The notes under the pieces were generated by a model. It did not search any database. It was not told the DNA's origin and saw only the letters and a list, made by a program, of their open reading frames with translations. DNA of 35,345 nt from IMG/VR virus record IMGVR_UViG_3300017716_001911, positions 1 through 35,345 of that record. The stretch is one strand, 5' to 3'. This DNA is from a virus (Duplodnaviria > Caudoviricetes). Below, one piece after another: positions 8,983-17,018 of the stretch. The position numbers were made by a program, and so were the translations under genes. Position 1 is the stretch's first letter. Each line of letters begins with the position of its first letter.

Positions 8983-9051
8983 CGTTTCGGTGCTTGTAGA
9001 TGCCAGCCTACACGCATTGTATTTTCGGCTGGTAGCTACAAACACCTGTTA
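8980..9051. repeat. attC-like hairpin 1 (72 bp)
   Basis: TAAC gtttc GGTG c TTGTAG a TGCCAGCC ... GGCTGGTA g CTACAA a CACC t GTTA. Confidence 0.8.
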
Positions 9052-9083
9052 TAAGAAGTAGCGGGTAATTAAAACTAAATATT

Positions 9084-9299
9084 ATGAAATTAAAAGATAA
9101 GTTTGAAAAAGTACTAAAAAATTGTAAACCTCATTTTTTAAAATTTGACACAAATGATTGTATAGAAATTTGCGATAATTTTGCCATTAATTTTGCAGAA
9201 TGGTTAGTAATTCAATATAATGAAGATACAATATATGCCGAATATAACACTAAAGAGTTATTAGAAATATTCAAAAAATCTTATGAAAACGAATCGTAG
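9084..9299 (+). CDS. Cassette 1 cargo, FAEW-type hypothetical protein
   Basis: Flanked by GTTATAAGAAGTAGC (9048) and GCTATTTCTTATAAC (9299-9313). Confidence 0.75.
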   Translation: MKLKDKFEKVLKNCKPHFLKFDTNDCIEICDNFAINFAEWLVIQYNEDTIYAEYNTKELLEIFKKSYENES

Positions 9300-9309
9300 C
9301 TATTTCTTA

Positions 9310-9434
9310 TAACGCTTTGCCACTTGGTGCGGTTGGGGCTAAATAAGCCAAATTTTTAACTACAAAAACAATAATTATGACACAAAATAATAATCAAATT
9401 AAACCTGATGCCCAATCGCTCCAAATGGCTGTTA
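9310..9434. repeat. attC-like hairpin 2 (125 bp)
   Basis: TAAC gcttt GCCA c TTGG t GCGGTTGGG ... CCCAATCGC t CCAA a TGGC t GTTA. Confidence 0.8.
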
Positions 9435-9946
9435 TGCAACGTTGCCCTAGTTTTGTCGATGATAACAAAACTCATTATGTTATTTATGTTGAATATATAA
9501 ATAAACGTCCTCATTTAGTAAATTCTGTTTCATATATACCAAATGCTGTAAATGGTGCTTATTGGAGATTATACCATTGGGATTTTGAAATAAATGATAA
9601 TGATTCAAAAGATTTAATTGCATACAATAGTGGCTCTGGAGGTTGTGAAAAAGAAATTATAGCACCAAATTTTATTAAAAATAAAAATGTAGCAGAAATA
9701 TGGATTGCTAATGGAATTGAGTTGCAAGGTAAAGGAGCGAATTTTACTTTAATCAATGAATTGATAGAAATAGAAAACTATTTTAAAAAAAGCAAAAATC
9801 CTTTTGAAATTGCTGAAATAGTAGATAATATCGAATATTGTCCAAAATGCAAATCTTATTCTCGAGATTTTTGTGATACGCATTTATATTATCACGATGA
9901 TGGAACTATCCGATATAAAGGTAATCATAAGCACGTTGTGTACTAA
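9377..9946 (+). CDS. Cassette 2 cargo, hypothetical protein with C-terminal CxxC...C-x2-H zinc motif; starts inside the hairpin loop
   Basis: CPKCKSYSRDFCDTH; inverted repeat GTTATGCAACGTT (9431) / AATGTTGCATAAC (9945-9957). Confidence 0.75.
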   Translation: MTQNNNQIKPDAQSLQMAVMQRCPSFVDDNKTHYVIYVEYINKRPHLVNSVSYIPNAVNGAYWRLYHWDFEINDNDSKDLIAYNSGSGGCEKEIIAPNFIKNKNVAEIWIANGIELQGKGANFTLINELIEIENYFKKSKNPFEIAEIVDNIEYCPKCKSYSRDFCDTHLYYHDDGTIRYKGNHKHVVY

Positions 9947-9953
9947 TGTTGCA

Positions 9954-10080
9954 TAACGCATGTGGCTTTGTCTTGTTGCCGAAAAATAAGACCTAATCTT
10001 TAAATTAAAAACAAAAAATGGAAAGTACAAAACCAACATTAAATGAAGCCGAAAACGGCAATAAGTCAAAACCGATGTTA
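9954..10080. repeat. attC-like hairpin 3 (127 bp)
   Basis: TAAC gcatg TGG c TTTG t CTTGTTGCCG ... CGGCAATAAG t CAAA a CCG at GTTA. Confidence 0.8.
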
Positions 10081-10095
10081 TAAGTAGCTTTTATT

Positions 10096-10332
10096 ATGGG
10101 ATTACAAACGGAAGAAAACAAAGAATTGAGTGAAAAATTAGGAAAAATAGTTTCTAAAAATCCTAGTAAATGGATAAAAGAAAGTAATGAAAGGTCTCGA
10201 ATTAAACAGATTGAAAAAGATAAAGAAATGATAGATTTTGGCTTATGGTTAACAAAAAAAGGAAATTATAATATTAATAATTGGAATAAAACAATGTCCG
10301 AAATGTTAGAAACTTATAAAAAAGAGAAATAA
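10096..10332 (+). CDS. Cassette 3 cargo gene A, hypothetical
   Basis: Inside GTTATAAGTAGCTTT (10077) / AAAGTTACTTATAAC (10567-10581). Confidence 0.7.
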   Translation: MGLQTEENKELSEKLGKIVSKNPSKWIKESNERSRIKQIEKDKEMIDFGLWLTKKGNYNINNWNKTMSEMLETYKKEK

Positions 10333-10334
10333 TT

Positions 10335-10556
10335 ATGACACAAACAATTGAATGTAAATGCGGTAAAACTTTTGCTGCATCAAGTGTGCCTTATTGCTAT
10401 GAAAGCGAAGATTGGCAAGAAAGTTTAAGAGAATACGTAAAACAAGGATGTACCGTCTCTTTAAAAGAAGATAACGATGTGAAATTTGAACAGTGTACTT
10501 GTGACGAATTAGACGAACTTAAAGATATTTTTGATACCGTTATTCTTTTGGAGTAG
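10335..10556 (+). CDS. Cassette 3 cargo gene B, small Cys-rich protein
   Basis: CKCGK...C...CTC. Confidence 0.7.
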   Translation: MTQTIECKCGKTFAASSVPYCYESEDWQESLREYVKQGCTVSLKEDNDVKFEQCTCDELDELKDIFDTVILLE

Positions 10557-10577
10557 CGGTTGTCCTAAAGTTACTTA

Positions 10578-10610
10578 TAACTATAGTATAACACTTACTA
10601 ACTTATGCAA
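10578..10610. other. Array-terminal attI-like site 1
   Basis: TAACTATAGTATAACACTTACTAACTTATGCAA; 26/33 identical to 21278-21310. Confidence 0.65.
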
Positions 10611-10811
10611 CTATCTGTATTATACACGTTTAAAATATATCCTTACATAGTTTGCTTAAGTGACGGATTGCTTTACCAATTAGAACACTGCCCACACAAA
10701 AGAACAAAAGTATTTAGAAAATTAACTTACAACGAAAAAAGAAACGCATATTACATTAATGGTCAATTAGTGACTAAAAAAAGATTACAAACTTTAAAAC
10801 AAAAATTATGA
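10605..10811 (+). CDS. Hypothetical basic protein
   Basis: ATG lies in the terminal site. Confidence 0.65.
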   Translation: MQLSVLYTFKIYPYIVCLSDGLLYQLEHCPHKRTKVFRKLTYNEKRNAYYINGQLVTKKRLQTLKQKL

Positions 10812-11326
10812 AAAAATTATTATTATTATCGCTTTTTGCATTACAAGTTAATGCGCAACACGTTTATTTCTCAGCTGGGTTCGACCCACGAAACGCAATA
10901 ATTGGAAGTTCACCGACTAACGACAAACCCGAATTAAATTATATGTTAGAGTTTAAAATGGTGGGTAACAATAACGTTGAAATTGGAATTGGATTTGAAG
11001 AGTTTAACCGAATTGATTTTAACAGAATGTATGGAACAATCGGTTATAGATTTGAGGCGTTAGGAATGGTTTTAACACCTACAATCGAACCTACTTTAAT
11101 TAATAGATACGACAATTGGGGTGGTGGAATTAACTACGATATGAAACAATCATTTATGACTATTGGAATAGGAACAAATTTAGAAGTTCCGATAAATGAT
11201 AAATTCGGTTTACAATTTTATTGCGGAGCGTTGCCTCGTCCTGATATAAAAATGATGTACGGAAATGATAAAATAGTAGTAAGCGGACAAATTAAATTAA
11301 TTTATAAAATACACTTAAACAAATAA
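10808..11326 (+). CDS. Exported protein, probable outer-membrane beta-barrel
   Basis: Sec signal MKKLLLLSLFALQVNA/Q; alternating amphipathic strands; terminal strand IKLIYKI. Confidence 0.65.
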   Translation: MKKLLLLSLFALQVNAQHVYFSAGFDPRNAIIGSSPTNDKPELNYMLEFKMVGNNNVEIGIGFEEFNRIDFNRMYGTIGYRFEALGMVLTPTIEPTLINRYDNWGGGINYDMKQSFMTIGIGTNLEVPINDKFGLQFYCGALPRPDIKMMYGNDKIVVSGQIKLIYKIHLNK

Positions 11327-11330
11327 CATT

Positions 11331-11510
11331 ATGAGCGAATTATATACAATAGACAGAACACCTCAAACTGATTTAGAAAAATTCCAAGCGTTAAGAATTG
11401 AGGCTTTAGAACGTGAACTTTTAAAACATAAAGAGTTCTTAGCAAAAATACAAGAAGAGTTCGAATTACACTCTTTAGAATTAGCAAAAGGAATCGAAGT
11501 AATATTATGA
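11331..11510 (+). CDS. Small coiled-coil hypothetical protein (59 aa)
   Basis: Read by eye: MSELYTIDRTP...; ATGA overlap with 11507. Confidence 0.6.
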   Translation: MSELYTIDRTPQTDLEKFQALRIEALERELLKHKEFLAKIQEEFELHSLELAKGIEVIL

Positions 11511-11767
11511 AAACATACACACTCCAACAAATAGCAAAAGAGAATAATATAAAAATTCCAACTTTAGAACGTAGGCGTTATGCTTTAAAATTAGAGCCAA
11601 TAGGACAATCAAAAAATTCAAAGGCTAAATTATACAACGAATCACAAGCACGAAAATTGATTAACTACGAAAAGCAAGAACCGATTAAAATTCCCGAAGT
11701 AATACGAATAACTGAAACTTTTTATATTTACCCATCAAAAATGAACTATGACACCGCAACACTATAA
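11507..11767 (+). CDS. Putative HTH DNA-binding protein
   Basis: YTLQQIAKENNIKIPTLERR HTH-like pattern. Confidence 0.55.
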   Translation: MKTYTLQQIAKENNIKIPTLERRRYALKLEPIGQSKNSKAKLYNESQARKLINYEKQEPIKIPEVIRITETFYIYPSKMNYDTATL

Positions 11768-11942
11768 CAACGAAAAAGGAAGTATCTACAAATTTTGTGA
11801 CGACCAAGAACTTAATTCATACGAATTCGATTTGATTAAAAGAATTGTAAGGTGCAGAAAAAAAGGTAATTTCATCGAAGACTTAGAAAAAACAAAACAT
11901 TTAATCGATTTATATTTAAAAGAGTATGAACATAACAGATAA
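11748..11942 (+). CDS. DUF3310/SaV-like phage protein
   Basis: PQHY...RCRKKG..EDLEKT..LIDL motif. Confidence 0.65.
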   Translation: MTPQHYNNEKGSIYKFCDDQELNSYEFDLIKRIVRCRKKGNFIEDLEKTKHLIDLYLKEYEHNR

Positions 11943-12300
11943 ACTTGAACAATTAATCGGAAACACTTATTTATACGAAAATCAACAGATTAAAATACAA
12001 AAAGTAAAGAAAGTAAGTGCAACTTTTGTTGTAATAACAGACAAACGTACGTTCAATATGTACGAATCCGAAGCAATAGAATTTATAACAAAACTAAAAC
12101 AACTTAATACTTTTAAAAATATGAGCACAGATATAACAGAAATACCAAAAGAGGATAAAATGCAACAAATTATTTTTGATGCAATTGCAAGGGTGAAAAA
12201 TGACAAAGAGTACATTCAACAAGCTAATGCAATAAGTAATTTGACTACTCAATTAATTAATATTAAAAAGTTAGAATTACAAATGTTGAATAAAAAATAA
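11926..12300 (+). CDS. Hypothetical protein
   Basis: 124-aa ORF in operon. Confidence 0.7.
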   Translation: MNITDKLEQLIGNTYLYENQQIKIQKVKKVSATFVVITDKRTFNMYESEAIEFITKLKQLNTFKNMSTDITEIPKEDKMQQIIFDAIARVKNDKEYIQQANAISNLTTQLINIKKLELQMLNKK

Positions 12301-12302
12301 AG

Positions 12303-12373
12303 TTAGGAAAATTTTACTAAATTTTTAAAGTGTATTGTTGTGGAAATTGCACACTTTAGGAAAATTTTACTAA
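12303..12373. repeat. Two identical 18-bp near-palindromes TTAGGAAAATTTTACTAA (operator-like)
   Basis: Copies at 12303-12320 and 12356-12373. Confidence 0.75.
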
Positions 12374-12477
12374 CAATACTTAACTAAAAAAACATTGTAT
12401 TGATACATTTTTTAATAGTTAAACCCAATAAAATCAATAAAAACACTAATTGTAAACTAACATTAAATTTAAAAATA

Positions 12478-12672
12478 ATGACAGCACAAAATAATGACAG
12501 ATCTAATGAAATACACGCGATTGAATTTGCAAAATGGTGCTTAAGAAATATTAAAAAAGCGCCTAGTGGTAAAAAGTATGTTTTTAAACATCAAAACAAA
12601 GTTGTTGCAGATGAACATACGATTGGAGAGCTTTACAAAGTTTTTATAATTGATAAAAACTACAACTTTTAA
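12478..12672 (+). CDS. FAKW-type hypothetical protein
   Basis: ATG 12478 preferred over TTG 12400. Confidence 0.65.
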   Translation: MTAQNNDRSNEIHAIEFAKWCLRNIKKAPSGKKYVFKHQNKVVADEHTIGELYKVFIIDKNYNF

Positions 12673-12710
12673 CCAAAATTATATACAATAATCTTTAAAA
12701 ATTATATATT

Positions 12711-12992
12711 ATGACACTATTAAAATCAGAAAGACAAGTATTAATTATCAATGAATTTACAAAACTAAAATTTGTATTTACAGATAAAGACGGAGACCCA
12801 ATAGAAGAAAGCGACAGATACGGAGTGGACCACGTTCAAAATTTAATAAACCTTTTAGCTGGTATGATTAAAAATAAATTATACCCAATTAAAGGCGATA
12901 TTTTAGACGAGGGTACGGATAGAATGATAGTATTAAATAGATACTTTGAAATGAAAAACGATGTTTTATGGATAATTTATGATATTTATTAA
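12711..12992 (+). CDS. Hypothetical protein
   Basis: 93-aa ORF. Confidence 0.7.
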   Translation: MTLLKSERQVLIINEFTKLKFVFTDKDGDPIEESDRYGVDHVQNLINLLAGMIKNKLYPIKGDILDEGTDRMIVLNRYFEMKNDVLWIIYDIY

Positions 12993-12997
12993 AATAA

Positions 12998-13426
12998 ATG
13001 AAAACGTGCGCAAAGTGTAATCTAACTTTTGAATTAGCAAATTTCTACTTTTTAAAACGCAAAGGAAAAAGTTATTGTGATAACTATTGTAAAGAGTGTA
13101 GAAAGTTAGATTGGAAAATCAAAAGACTTGAAAAAGAAAAAAGAGTAAAAGAAAACGGATTTACTTCTTTACATAATTATCGAGTTACAACAAGCGAAAA
13201 ATATAAAGCCTATACTAAAACACAAAAAAGACTTTACGACAAAGAAAACGACTTTATACGAAAGAAAAAAGGAATTGATTTAGCTTCCGACTATTACATT
13301 AGACAACTAATAAAAAAAGACAAATCAATGATAGGTGTGCAAATTCCAAAAGAATTAATAGAACTTTACAGAAATAATTTACTACTTAAAAGAGAAGTTA
13401 AAAATGAATTACAAAAAAGAAATTGA
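12998..13426 (+). CDS. Basic protein with N-terminal CxxC...CxxC zinc finger
   Basis: KTCAKC...F...YCKEC. Confidence 0.7.
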   Translation: MKTCAKCNLTFELANFYFLKRKGKSYCDNYCKECRKLDWKIKRLEKEKRVKENGFTSLHNYRVTTSEKYKAYTKTQKRLYDKENDFIRKKKGIDLASDYYIRQLIKKDKSMIGVQIPKELIELYRNNLLLKREVKNELQKRN

Positions 13427-13694
13427 AAATATAGATAAAGTTTTAAATGAACTTAAACTATTAAAAAGAGAATTAATAGCTACAGAAAATAAAAGTGAAA
13501 AATCTTTTAAGGCAAACGGGAGTATTAAACAAAGACAAAAAGCAAGTGTAGATTTAAATTGGCAATGTATGGCATTAGATAAACAAAGAAAATCAACTTG
13601 GAAAACTATTTTAGAAGCGGATTTAAAAGTATCCTTAGATGACTGCGAATACAATCCAAGCGGTTTTCATTCTTATAAACACGTTGTTAAATAA
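13404..13694 (+). CDS. Hypothetical protein
   Basis: 96-aa ORF. Confidence 0.7.
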   Translation: MNYKKEIENIDKVLNELKLLKRELIATENKSEKSFKANGSIKQRQKASVDLNWQCMALDKQRKSTWKTILEADLKVSLDDCEYNPSGFHSYKHVVK

Positions 13695-13743
13695 GTTGTC
13701 TATAATTTAGAACCATTCCACGTTCTAATTAAAAAACTTTTAC

Positions 13744-13751
13744 TAAATTTG
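13744..13751 (+). promoter_or_regulatory. Bacteroidota -7 promoter box
   Basis: TAAATTTG just before kissing-loop leader 1. Confidence 0.6.
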
Positions 13752-13758
13752 TAAAAAA

Positions 13759-13845
13759 TAAGTTAGGTCAGTAACTTACAAAAAATTAATAACGCCTCGA
13801 ATAATGCTTAATTCTGACCGATTAAGATTTTTATTTGAGGTTTTT
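13759..13845 (+). ncRNA. Kissing-loop leader RNA 1
   Basis: Hairpin loop GGTCAG (13766) complements second hairpin loop CTGACC (13814); T tract follows. Confidence 0.65.
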
Positions 13846-13858
13846 ATTTTATAAAATT

Positions 13859-14038
13859 ATGGAAAATCAATTTAATTTCATTTTTGTATTTATAGGTTTT
13901 GTTATTACAATTCCTTTTATCTTTTTATGTTATAAATTCCATCAATTAAACCAATACAAAAATATAAATAGCATTTTAAAAATGTTAAGTTGGTTTTTAG
14001 TGATGGTTTTGTATTGGTTTATATATTTAAATAGATAA
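13859..14038 (+). CDS. Small two-TM membrane protein
   Basis: ATG 13859; two hydrophobic segments. Confidence 0.6.
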   Translation: MENQFNFIFVFIGFVITIPFIFLCYKFHQLNQYKNINSILKMLSWFLVMVLYWFIYLNR

Positions 14039-14047
14039 TAACCCTTT

Positions 14048-14132
14048 TTTAACGAAGTAGTGAGCGTTAAACAAAAAATATCGAGCCATTGAATTAAGAC
14101 ACTCACTACAATAGTCTTTTTTCGGTGGCTTT
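14048..14132 (+). ncRNA. Kissing-loop leader RNA 2
   Basis: Loop GTAGTGAG (14057) complements loop CTCACTAC (14102). Confidence 0.65.
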
Positions 14133-14151
14133 AATTTTAAACAAAAAAATT

Positions 14152-14352
14152 ATGAGTGAAACAATTTATTTTCAACCTCCAAATATTAATCCTAAATTTT
14201 GTGAAATAGGAATTATTTTAGAAAGCGACAAAGATTATATTTATTATTTAGATGAGCCTTGCAAAATATTAATTAGTGAGGTTAAAATTATAAATAAAGA
14301 AAGTGTAATTTATAATAAAAAAAGTAGATTATATTATATTAAAAAACAATAA
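14152..14352 (+). CDS. Hypothetical protein
   Basis: ATG 14152 preferred over GTG 14125. Confidence 0.65.
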   Translation: MSETIYFQPPNINPKFCEIGIILESDKDYIYYLDEPCKILISEVKIINKESVIYNKKSRLYYIKKQ

Positions 14353-14356
14353 ACTT

Positions 14357-14569
14357 ATGTCAAAAGAATATTTCTTAAAACTATCGGAGCAAATTTACAA
14401 CGATTTGCCAAACGATGAAAAGCTATACTTAAATAATTTAGGTATGGAAGTAAGACAACTACCAACGGAAAAAGACTACGACGATGAAAACTATAAGAAA
14501 ATTAGAAAACATCGAATTGACGCTTGGAATGAGGAACAACAATATTTATTTAAAAAAAGAAATACATAA
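14357..14569 (+). CDS. Hypothetical protein
   Basis: 70-aa ORF. Confidence 0.7.
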   Translation: MSKEYFLKLSEQIYNDLPNDEKLYLNNLGMEVRQLPTEKDYDDENYKKIRKHRIDAWNEEQQYLFKKRNT

Positions 14570-14572
14570 ATT

Positions 14573-15184
14573 ATGGAAAATACTAACTTAGATCTTTGGA
14601 ATAAAGTCGAAAAGACAAATCCAAAATACACAAAAAAAGCAAACGTAGGAGGTAATAATATAACTTCTATTGCGCCACAATATCAAATTAAAAATGTTAC
14701 TGAGCAGTTCGGTATTTATGGTAAAACTTGGGGGTTTAAACAATTAAATTTTGATTACACTTTAGCAAGTGAATTTGATTTGGTTATTTTAGATGCTATT
14801 TTCTTTTTCCCTGATGGCGAGTTCCCAATAAAAAACGCTCAAAAGTTATTTATGGATAATGCAAAAACTAAAATAGATGACAATTTTGCAAAGAAACTTG
14901 AAACAGACACTTTGACAAAAGCAATATCAAAACTTGGTTTTAATGCTGATATATTTTTAGGTTTATTTGATGACGTTAAATATTTAGCTGATGTAACAAA
15001 AGAATTTGCAGAAAAACCAGCACCAATAAAATTAAGCGATAAAGCTATTACGGATTTAATGGCAAAAGGAAGTCAAGAAGTTGAGAAATATTTAAATTTA
15101 CATAAAGAAAATAAAGTTTTGTTATCTGAAACACAAATAGAAACATTAACTTTAGCATTAACTGAAAAGCCGACAACAGTTTAA
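14573..15184 (+). CDS. Rad52/Sak-like single-strand annealing protein
   Basis: TEQFGIYGKTWG and KKLETDTLTKAISKLGFNADIFLG motifs; adjacent to SSB. Confidence 0.7.
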   Translation: MENTNLDLWNKVEKTNPKYTKKANVGGNNITSIAPQYQIKNVTEQFGIYGKTWGFKQLNFDYTLASEFDLVILDAIFFFPDGEFPIKNAQKLFMDNAKTKIDDNFAKKLETDTLTKAISKLGFNADIFLGLFDDVKYLADVTKEFAEKPAPIKLSDKAITDLMAKGSQEVEKYLNLHKENKVLLSETQIETLTLALTEKPTTV

Positions 15185-15215
15185 AAAGGTAGGCTAAATT
15201 AATACATTTTATAAA

Positions 15216-15596
15216 ATGGCAAGATTACAATCTTACGCATTGAGCGTGGCGTTAACAAAAATGAAACATTCAATTATTACTGCTAAAAGCGGTCAGAAAT
15301 GTTTAGTATTACCAATTGATGACAACTATTTAACTTCAATTGAAAAAGATGGTGTGCATTCAGTTTATATGCAAACTGATGTTGTTACAATGGATTCAGA
15401 AGATACCAACGGAAATTGGGGTTTTCAAGTTCAAAAACTTTCAAGTGAAAAATACAAAGAACTTGGAGCAGATAAAGCAAAAGAAGTTCCATTGCCTTAC
15501 TTGGGAAATTTAAAAGTTTTTACTAAAAAGTCAAGTGATGCATCTGAACCAGTAAGTATTGAGTTAGAGGAGGAGCACGACGATTTACCCTTTTAA
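15216..15596 (+). CDS. Single-stranded DNA-binding protein
   Basis: Acidic tail ending DDLPF; follows the annealase. Confidence 0.75.
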   Translation: MARLQSYALSVALTKMKHSIITAKSGQKCLVLPIDDNYLTSIEKDGVHSVYMQTDVVTMDSEDTNGNWGFQVQKLSSEKYKELGADKAKEVPLPYLGNLKVFTKKSSDASEPVSIELEEEHDDLPF

Positions 15597-15640
15597 ATAT
15601 CAAATGCTTAAATTATTAATATCTACATTTGATTTAATAG

Positions 15641-16054
15641 ATGAAACTCACGTTAATAAAACAATTTAACAATACTTTTAAGCTGGCTTATAATTCCGAT
15701 TATGAGCTGGCTAAAAAAGTACCTTTAAACGAGCCTATTGAATTTGAGTTCACAAAGAAAAGAAACTTAAAATTTCATAAAAAGTTTTTTGCTTTATTAA
15801 ATATGGTTTATGAAAACCAAGAACAATATAACAACATTGAACACTTACGTAAAGACTTAACTATTTCGGCTGGATATTACGATTTAAGGTTTAATATTGA
15901 GGGCGTTGAAGTCAAAGAAGCTAAAAGTATTTCGTTCGCTAAAATGGACGATACAGAGTTTTCAGAGTTCTACAATAGAATAGTTGATGTAGTTGTTAAA
16001 TGGTTAGGAATAGATAAGCAAGAAATAATTGAAAACATAGAGCAATATTTTTAA
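15641..16054 (+). CDS. DUF1367/NinB-like protein
   Basis: RNLKFHKKFFALL...AGYY...KSISFAKMDDTEF motif. Confidence 0.75.
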   Translation: MKLTLIKQFNNTFKLAYNSDYELAKKVPLNEPIEFEFTKKRNLKFHKKFFALLNMVYENQEQYNNIEHLRKDLTISAGYYDLRFNIEGVEVKEAKSISFAKMDDTEFSEFYNRIVDVVVKWLGIDKQEIIENIEQYF

Positions 16055-16084
16055 TTAAATTGTTTTTTATATTGAAATAATTAC

Positions 16085-16092
16085 TATATTTG
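16085..16092 (+). promoter_or_regulatory. Bacteroidota -7 promoter box for the replication operon
   Basis: TATATTTG. Confidence 0.65.
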
Positions 16093-16094
16093 TC

Positions 16095-16187
16095 ATGTAG
16101 TTGGCGTCTCACAACATACCAACGTTAGTATTATACATTGTCCTACAATGAAACCGAAGTGAGACGCGGTGGAATTGTGGGACTTTT
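16095..16187 (+). ncRNA. Kissing-loop leader RNA 3
   Basis: Loop CGTCTCAC (16105) complements loop GTGAGACG (16159); outer stem GTCCTACAAT/ATTGTGGGAC then TTTT. Confidence 0.65.
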
Positions 16188-16199
16188 GCATTTAAAATT

Positions 16200-17015
16200 A
16201 TGGATTACTTTAAGTTAATACGAGATTGGTGGGACTTTGCATTTGAGAATCCTGAAAAGGTAAAATCAAATCATTCCGCTTTATATTTATTTATTTTAGA
16301 ACATTGCAATCGTTTAGGTTGGAAAACTAAATTTGGGTTACCTACAACTATGGCAAAAGATGCTATTGGTATAAGAAGTTATAATACTTATATTATAACT
16401 TTAAATGATTTAATAGATTTTGGTTTTATAGAATTGATTGAAAAATCAAAAAATCAATACTCAAGTAATATAGTTGCTATATCATATTTTGATAAAGCAC
16501 TTGATAAAGCACTTGATAAAGCATTTATAAAGCATGATATAAAGCAAAGTGAAAGCAATATAGAAAGCATTGATAGTATAAATACACAATATACCAATAT
16601 ACCAATTAACAATATACAAAATACAAAAGAGAGTTTTAGTGAAATTGAAATTTTACCAATAAACAACCAAGAACAAAAAAGAAAAAAAGTTGCGCCAAAA
16701 AAAGAAATAAATTTACCTAATGAATTTATAGAAATTTGGGATTTGTGGATTGAATACCGAACTGCAAAAAAAATAAAGAATTATGCGAATGATAAATTTG
16801 AACAAATGGCAATTGACAAACTATTAAAGTTTTCAAATAACAATCCAATAATTGCAAAACAAATAATTGAAGAATCAATAACAAACTCTTGGACTGGGTT
16901 CTTTGAATTAAAAAATAAAATAGTTGAACCAATTGTAGCTGGTAGACAAACACTCTCAACTATTCAAAGTAATTCAGATTGGAGTATGATTGAAAACCCT
17001 TATGTAAAAAAGTAA
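16200..17015 (+). CDS. Replication initiator protein (lambda O / DnaD-like organisation)
   Basis: N-terminal wHTH-like region, central repeat linker, C-terminal W..W.EYR...IEESI.NSW.G domain. Confidence 0.75.
   Translation: MDYFKLIRDWWDFAFENPEKVKSNHSALYLFILEHCNRLGWKTKFGLPTTMAKDAIGIRSYNTYIITLNDLIDFGFIELIEKSKNQYSSNIVAISYFDKALDKALDKAFIKHDIKQSESNIESIDSINTQYTNIPINNIQNTKESFSEIEILPINNQEQKRKKVAPKKEINLPNEFIEIWDLWIEYRTAKKIKNYANDKFEQMAIDKLLKFSNNNPIIAKQIIEESITNSWTGFFELKNKIVEPIVAGRQTLSTIQSNSDWSMIENPYVKK
16489..16569. repeat. Iteron-like tandem repeats (putative origin) within the initiator gene
   Basis: TTGATAAAGCA(C) x3, then four degenerate AAAGCA units at 11-12 bp period. Confidence 0.7.
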
Positions 17016-17018
17016 ATT

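Larger units (their letters stand above)
8980..10610. mobile_element. Integron-like cassette array 1 (3 cassettes plus attI-like end site; no integrase)
   Basis: Three TAAC...GTTA hairpins alternate with cargo genes bracketed by cassette-specific inverted repeats. Confidence 0.8.
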
